Shown here piece by piece: positions 55,801-64,000 of a stretch of 64,000 nt of DNA. How positions within the stretch are numbered: position 1 is the stretch's first letter; every line of letters starts with the position of its first letter. The notes under the pieces are model-generated. The model made no database searches, was not told the origin of the DNA, and saw only the letters and a list, made by a program, of their open reading frames with translations. The stretch spans positions 5,573,806 through 5,637,805 of the forward strand of contig NW_003526943.1 in NCBI RefSeq assembly GCF_000181795.1. The letters are read 5' to 3'. Origin of the DNA: Trichinella spiralis. Its lineage: Eukaryota. Both the position numbers and the translations under genes were made by a program.

Positions 55801-57442
55801 AACTTTGCAACTATTAAAATGAAAACATTCATCTCATTCTGTATAATAAGCACATACTTTATTTTCTTTATAATAAAATCGAATACTGTAGTTTTTCTGT
55901 ACAATATTTTATGATTCAAATTGTGGTTCAACTGACAATAGCACAACAAATTATAAAAACTAATTTTATACCAAGCTAACTGACAATACTTGTAATATTT
56001 CTCACGTGTATTATTTAATATTTTGTATTACAAATGGCAAAAAAACAACCACATTACGTTGAAAACTTGCATATCACTCTGATTCAAAAAAAGCAACGAA
56101 AACAAAACATGGAATTCAAACAACTATTCGCAGTGTAAAATTCAATTTTTATTCAGCAATTAATCTGTCGATACAGATGCAAACATTCATCACTAAACAT
56201 AGTCACAAACAATGAACAACTATAGCGCATCAACTAGTTTATTCACAATCTGTTTATCAATTAAGCTTAAAAAAATTTTTTTAAATTATAACATATTTAT
56301 AACAAATTAAATAGTGGATAGCAGGAAATAATTTGAAAATTACGCAAAAATCTAAATCACCACTTTATATGCTTTACGCAATTTAAAATAACACCACGTG
56401 AACAGTATGCTTTGCAATTCAAAAAGCCATTTTCGTTCACTTATTACAAAACAATACTAAAATTCAATCCTTCTTGTAGAAAACAAACTCACTAGTACAG
56501 TTCAATATATTATATCTGATAGTTGAAGTTTTTCTAAATACACATGCTAGTTCTAGCTGTGCAAAATAATATTTATTTAAATATATAATATTTTATACAG
56601 AATAATATTTTATGTAATATATTAAATGAGAAAATGAGGCCGAGAGTAATAAGACAGTGCAGTATGACATTCAGTTGCAAGATAATAAATAATTTGAATG
56701 ATGCACTTACTTAAGAATATTTTACTTTAAAGCAAATTGAATGCACAGAAATTGGAAACAATATTTAAGTAGCTACATGTGGCAAGCAGAAAACTATAAG
56801 TTGATAAGCAATCAATTTGCCGGAATCTATAGTAATATTGAATGAACGTCAAGGATAATTCATATAACAATAAATGTGTTTTCATCATTGACTGTATAAT
56901 GCTATTTATTATAAAAGCTAATTATTGAATTATTGATCAAACCGTTTTCTGTTTCATGTAAACAACACTTTAATAAATAATCGTTTTTGATATTCATTTA
57001 ATGCAGTGCTTATTTTTTCATTACTTTTTTTGAATTTTCCAACGGTTTATAACAAAAAGTAAAAATCATAAAATGGGTCACTGCAAAAAATTACTGTATG
57101 AAAGGTGATTTGCATTGTACATTTTTATTTTCACGCATATTCATTGCAAAAAATAGGGAACAGGAGTTTTATGAAAATTTAATTTGTAAAAATTGTTGCT
57201 AACATTCAGTTAATGTTTTTATAACAAACCTGTTTAGAGCTGTTTAATAAATCAAATATGGGGAATGTGATTTTCTGTGAGCACACACTGGACTTGTAAA
57301 ATTTAAAATATAAATAATGATTGCTGAATTTACTGCATGTTTTTCACGCCATAAATTCAGCTTGACAATACATGTGCTAATAACGCTGATTTACTGGAGT
57401 TTTCAATTCATTAGAATGCAAAATATGATGTTTAATGTTTCA

Positions 57443-59156
<1,714 letters not shown>

Positions 59157-60810
59157 CACTTTTCTTATAAAATGGGTTCACTGCATAAAATGGCCTACAG
59201 TTACGGTATTTTTTATTTGTAACATGATAATTTAGAAATATGGATGAGCATCAGACGAATCAAGTAAATTATCTGTTTCGAGGCCATCAGTTACCGTTGT
59301 TTATGCTTTTTCTTCTAATTGCTAAGCTAATATATACAGTCAACTATATTTACAAACATTGATCATAGAAATAAATAAATTAATATATAAGTTCATTTCA
59401 CTTTGCCAAGACATATTTATAATTAGTTTCATCACGCTGCTTGAGCAACTGTTTACATCTTTGTTGTCGGTACTAATTTCAAAATATAGTAGCATGATTT
59501 CATTTTAGCAGTGCTGTTAATGGACAATAATTTATGGAGATTTTAGGAAATACTTTAAATGTCTTTAGTTTAATAAATTTAGTACCAAAAATATTAATGC
59601 ATAACAAGAAAGAAAAGCAATAATTAACGGGGTACGTCAATGCCTTCTGTTACTCGAGCAACACTACATTCCCCATGAAACTTACATAAGAAATTTAAAA
59701 ATAATACACATGAACTTATTTTCTACATAACATACTAAAACTCGAAAAAGAATAATATAAATTTACTTGTATTTACTCAAAATTATAATTGCCTTTGACA
59801 ATTACATTTTTAATTTTCCAAACATTCCAGCAATTATTGACTCAGCGCTTTGCTTTGATAAACATTTTATATTTACATGGAAAAATTGTTTATGAATTCA
59901 ATTTTAACATGTTCAAACGCTTTTGAGTAAAAATGATATAAACATTCTACGTGTAAAGGCTATTTAAGAAAATCTTTTAAGCAGCAAATATATTCATCTC
60001 TGTAATGTCTTGCGACGGTAGAAGGAACAACACTCATAATGAACGCCAACTATGCTTTTATTTGAAACAAAATAACACACAAGCTAAAAACTAAGGCACG
60101 TTGACACAAGTATCATGAACTAACTCACATCGCTTTTACGGTATTCACAGCATATTTAAAAATGATTATCACATGCATTACAATCTCATTATTCAACAAT
60201 GGTAGCATCGATTTTTTCATTCTTTCTAGCATTTTTTAATATCAGAAATAAAATTTATGTCACCAAAAATTCAAAAATCAACTTTAATGGATTTTACAAT
60301 CTTAGCAGCTTTGAATTTTTTGAGAGGTTTTGCTAAGCTTTTTGATCATTAATTTGAAATTATAACTGAACTACAGCCGGAAAAGTAATAATGCATCGTT
60401 CTCCAATATATCAACGCGTTACACCAGTGCGGGGAATATTCTCGGCAATCAGAATACTGTAATCAGTGCACTGTTATCTTATCCATGTTTCAAATGACAT
60501 TTTATCAAGGGTTGAAAATAACTAAATGAAACAAGCAAGATAAATGAATATTTGTTGAATTTATTTGTCATAGTTTAATGTTACCTAAAGCGGAATGTTT
60601 TAGGGTGAATGTAAAAGTTTTCAAATTCGTTCAGTACATAATTTTATGCATATTAAAAAATAACTTAATTGTTAAAATAAACAAATAATAACTAATAACT
60701 TATTTATATGAACAATTATTGCAACGTTACCTGCGAAGCATACTGAAAGAAAAAATAAATCTTGAAAATCAAATTGTTCTGGAAGTGGGTGTAACTTAGT
60801 GGTATTGAAA

Positions 60811-62324
60811 ATGTGGAAGACTGGGTTTTGTTTTTTGTCACAAAAACATTTAATGTGCAGAAACATTTATAATCTTCCGAACTGTGTATTTATGAGTAGT
60901 ACAAGTGATTCTAAACCGAATTTGCATCATTCGCATAAGTCATCTTGTAATAACGATTCAATAAGTATTCTCGGTATTTTTAAAAGTAAATATTATAAAT
61001 TGGAATAAATTTAGATTTGCTTCCAAATTCATTGCAATCTCTCGCTGAATGGCGAGTTGATAAGAAAAACAAATTTTGCGTCCAACCTGAAGCTTGGCTA
61101 ACTAGTTTGAATAAAGTCGAAGAAACTCGTGTTGATTTAATTCCGTTAAATCCAACTATATTTAGAGTATTTCCTAGGTAATAATTATTTGGACATTTAA
61201 AATTGTCCACAAATTTATTGGCATAGAAATGTTCACAAAATTTTAAATTTAGAATTGACATTTTACATCAGAACATTGTATGGCAATTGAACTATCGTTC
61301 CGTGGTAAAACGTTTGTTTAAAATGTTTCAAAAATATATTCGAAAGTCTACAGTTTATTTAGTCTTTTATTAAAGCACTGACTAGAGCAGAGATGCCTGG
61401 AGGAGGAAGGAAGCCTTGGCCACAAAAAGGTACAGGAAGAGCACGTCATGGTAGCATACGTTCTCCGATTTGGATAAGAGGTATATTTTGTGAGGACGAA
61501 AATGTAGATTTAAAGCAACTGATGTTAATTAGGTGGTATTAGCCATGGTGCAAGAGGACCAAGAACACGATTTTACATGTTGCCTGACTCTATTAGGCTC
61601 CAGGGTTTATGTGTTGCATTGACAATAAAACACATCCAAGTATGGCTTATCCAAGCATGCATAAATATTGAAAACTGATACGAAATTTACAGGATGATTT
61701 GGTTATTGTCGATTCATTTGATTCTTTGCCATCCGGAGAACCAAAAGTAAAAGAATGATAAATTTAACAATATATATTAACTTTATATATTAACTATATT
61801 AACTTTTCAGTACTTGGAAGAATTAGCGGAATGTAGAAATTGGGGTTTCTCTGTACTGTTTGTTGACGTGTATGACTCTTTTTAATATTCAGTTTTATGT
61901 ATTTCAAACCACTACAAGTGACCGGCGCTTTCACTTTAAAATTAATACACAAATAATTTCGGTTACTATTCTTTGTATTTATTCATGTCAAACTTTTAGG
62001 ACTGATACAGCACCTGTCAATTTATTTATGGCGACTTCTGAAAACGTAGCGTTTAATATTATTCCAGCATATGGTATTTATAGTTTTTTGTTGTTGTCTT
62101 AATGTAGCTGTTCTTAATTTTCAGGACTAAATTGCTTCAGCATGCTGAAACATGAAACATTAGTACTTTCAAAGGACGCTTTGATCTATTTGCAGAAAAG
62201 AATTTTAGCACAGTTGTACAGAGCAGAGTCATTGCAGAAAAAATACAAGTATATGGATAACAAAGAAATTTTAATGGCTGAAGGTGAACACGACGAAGAT
62301 GAATTTATGACTCCTTTTGTGTGA
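60811..62324 (+). CDS. mrpl-4: Mitochondrial ribosomal protein L4 (uL4m)
   Basis: [74 protein letters not shown]. The N-terminal exon from 60811 is inferred. Confidence 0.9.
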
Positions 62325-63416
62325 TTTGGCTTCGTAGATATGAGTATTTATTTATTTTCATATTAATAGCATTCATTTATGAATGAAACATTCTGTTTGT
62401 TACGGATGGTATATATGTTAGTAAACCTTGATTGTTAATATATGTGTACTGTAGTAAGTAACATAATGGTGAAGTGAAAAGGTCAGTATTAATAGACGAG
62501 CGCGTGTGAATTTTGAACTTGCATTTGTAGCAGATAAATGGATCTACTGTGTTCGTTTATTTGATCACCACGCTCGAAGAATAACTTTCATGATTATGAC
62601 TATGACCTTGAGCGACGTCGCCCAAATTTAATGAAATAAACTCATCTTAAGTATGTTATTGATCGACGCAATATAGTGATTCTCTTGACGACATCATAGA
62701 ATTCTCTACAAAAAATAATACAGTTACTGCAAATTTGGAAGTCTAATATTAGTAGCATCCTTTTTTGGATGACAGTGTAAAAACGAAGCTGAAGTTTTGC
62801 TTAAATCATTTCTGAAAAAGTATGAAACTAAAGAATTGTAAATTTAAAATATATTATTTGCTTTTATAAAAATATATTAATAGTCAAATGCAGATATATC
62901 ATACAAACCTGCTGCTTTTATACTGTAAAGTGTATTACTGTATTTCTAGGAAATGCTCTGTGTTCTTCCTGAATTTCAGTTTTGTGCCGTAATAAATATC
63001 AAGGTTGTGAGTGTTTTTGCTGTACAATTTTGTTTACTCTTTTTGATTATTAGCAGTGTAATTTCAGCAGCACTGTTATGTTCACTTTCCGTCATAAATG
63101 CTGTTTAATCAAGAAAAATTTGCTGTTGAATCAATCGGCTGATTCGTTATTTTCATGACTTTAGATTTTTAATATTTTATTGAATTGATTTTTATTGTTG
63201 TGTAATAACAAAATGGACTGATTTTCCTTTTTGCTTTGCAATGCAATGCAATGCACTGATTTGTAAATTTGTTGTTTTGCAATGATTTGGCTGTTTGTAA
63301 ATTTTCTAAAGTAGACTGCTTCGGTACGAAGTTTATTTTGAGATTTTCTTTTTTTATTTACATCGAAAATAAGTTATCATTATTACAGTTATGTTTTTTT
63401 GAATTTAGAATTGTAA

Positions 63417-63890
63417 ATGCCCAAAAATAAAGGTAAAGGAGGAAAAAATCGCCGTCGTGGAAAAAATGAAAACGACGCCGAAAAGCGTGAATTGATATTT
63501 AAGGAAGATGGCCAAGAATATGCGCAAGTAATGAAAATGTTGGGAAATAATCGTCTGCAGGCATTTTGTTTTGATGGTGTTGTCAGAATGTGTCACATTC
63601 GAGGGAAGTTGCGTAAAAAAGTGTGGATAAATGCCGGGGACATAATATTGATCGGTTTGAGAGATTTTCAAGACAAAAAGGCGGATGTCATTTTGAAGTA
63701 TAATTCGGACGAAGCGCGCAATTTGAAAACTTATGGTGAACTACCAGAAACGGCGAAAATAAATGAAGGCGGAGGCGATGACGAAGATTTTGGTATTGAA
63801 TTTGGAGATACTGGGCAGCAGGCGTTTTCTGACGCGGAGGAAGAACCTGAAGAAGATTCAACGGAGGAAAGTGAAGAAGACGAGCCCTGA
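63417..63890 (+). CDS. EIF1A: Eukaryotic translation initiation factor 1A, intronless CDS
   Basis: [57 protein letters not shown]; acidic tail. Confidence 0.97.
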   Translation: MPKNKGKGGKNRRRGKNENDAEKRELIFKEDGQEYAQVMKMLGNNRLQAFCFDGVVRMCHIRGKLRKKVWINAGDIILIGLRDFQDKKADVILKYNSDEARNLKTYGELPETAKINEGGGDDEDFGIEFGDTGQQAFSDAEEEPEEDSTEESEEDEP

Positions 63891-64000
63891 ACTAGCAGCT
63901 TGGAAATTCGCTTGCTTCATTTCGATTTTACTTTTATAATTCGTGCTTTTATATGACATCTTATTTCGCAGTAATTTTTATTTCCATCTGCATTTATGTT

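Overview
AT-rich eukaryotic genomic scaffold with many short GT-AG introns and two N gaps (14278-14663, 15501-16185). Gene content, intron style and a FLYWCH repeat remnant suggest a nematode, plausibly clade I such as Trichinella (inference). Gene models were spliced by hand. In order: 3' part of dpy-19 C-mannosyltransferase (+); an HP1-family gene with three chromodomains, an AT-hook and a chromo-shadow-like domain (-); a degenerate repeat region; a Fer/Fes-like SH2-tyrosine kinase (-); 3' part of clk-1/COQ7 (-), with an intronless PP1 glycogen-targeting (CBM21) gene (+) apparently inside its intron; FLYWCH/MULE-like remnants; a Cramped/CRAMP1 homologue (+); a head-to-head alpha-tubulin pair whose internal introns are identical; Caprin (+); CCDC149 (-); an atypical S1 serine protease (-); an F-box/LRR gene with candidate alternative first exons (+); a GH20 hexosaminidase D-like gene (-); a trypsin-like protease (-); mitochondrial ribosomal protein L4 (+); and eIF1A (+). 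No rRNA, tRNA or CRISPR array was recognised. The most notable items are the multi-chromodomain HP1-like protein and the apparently gene-converted tubulin pair.
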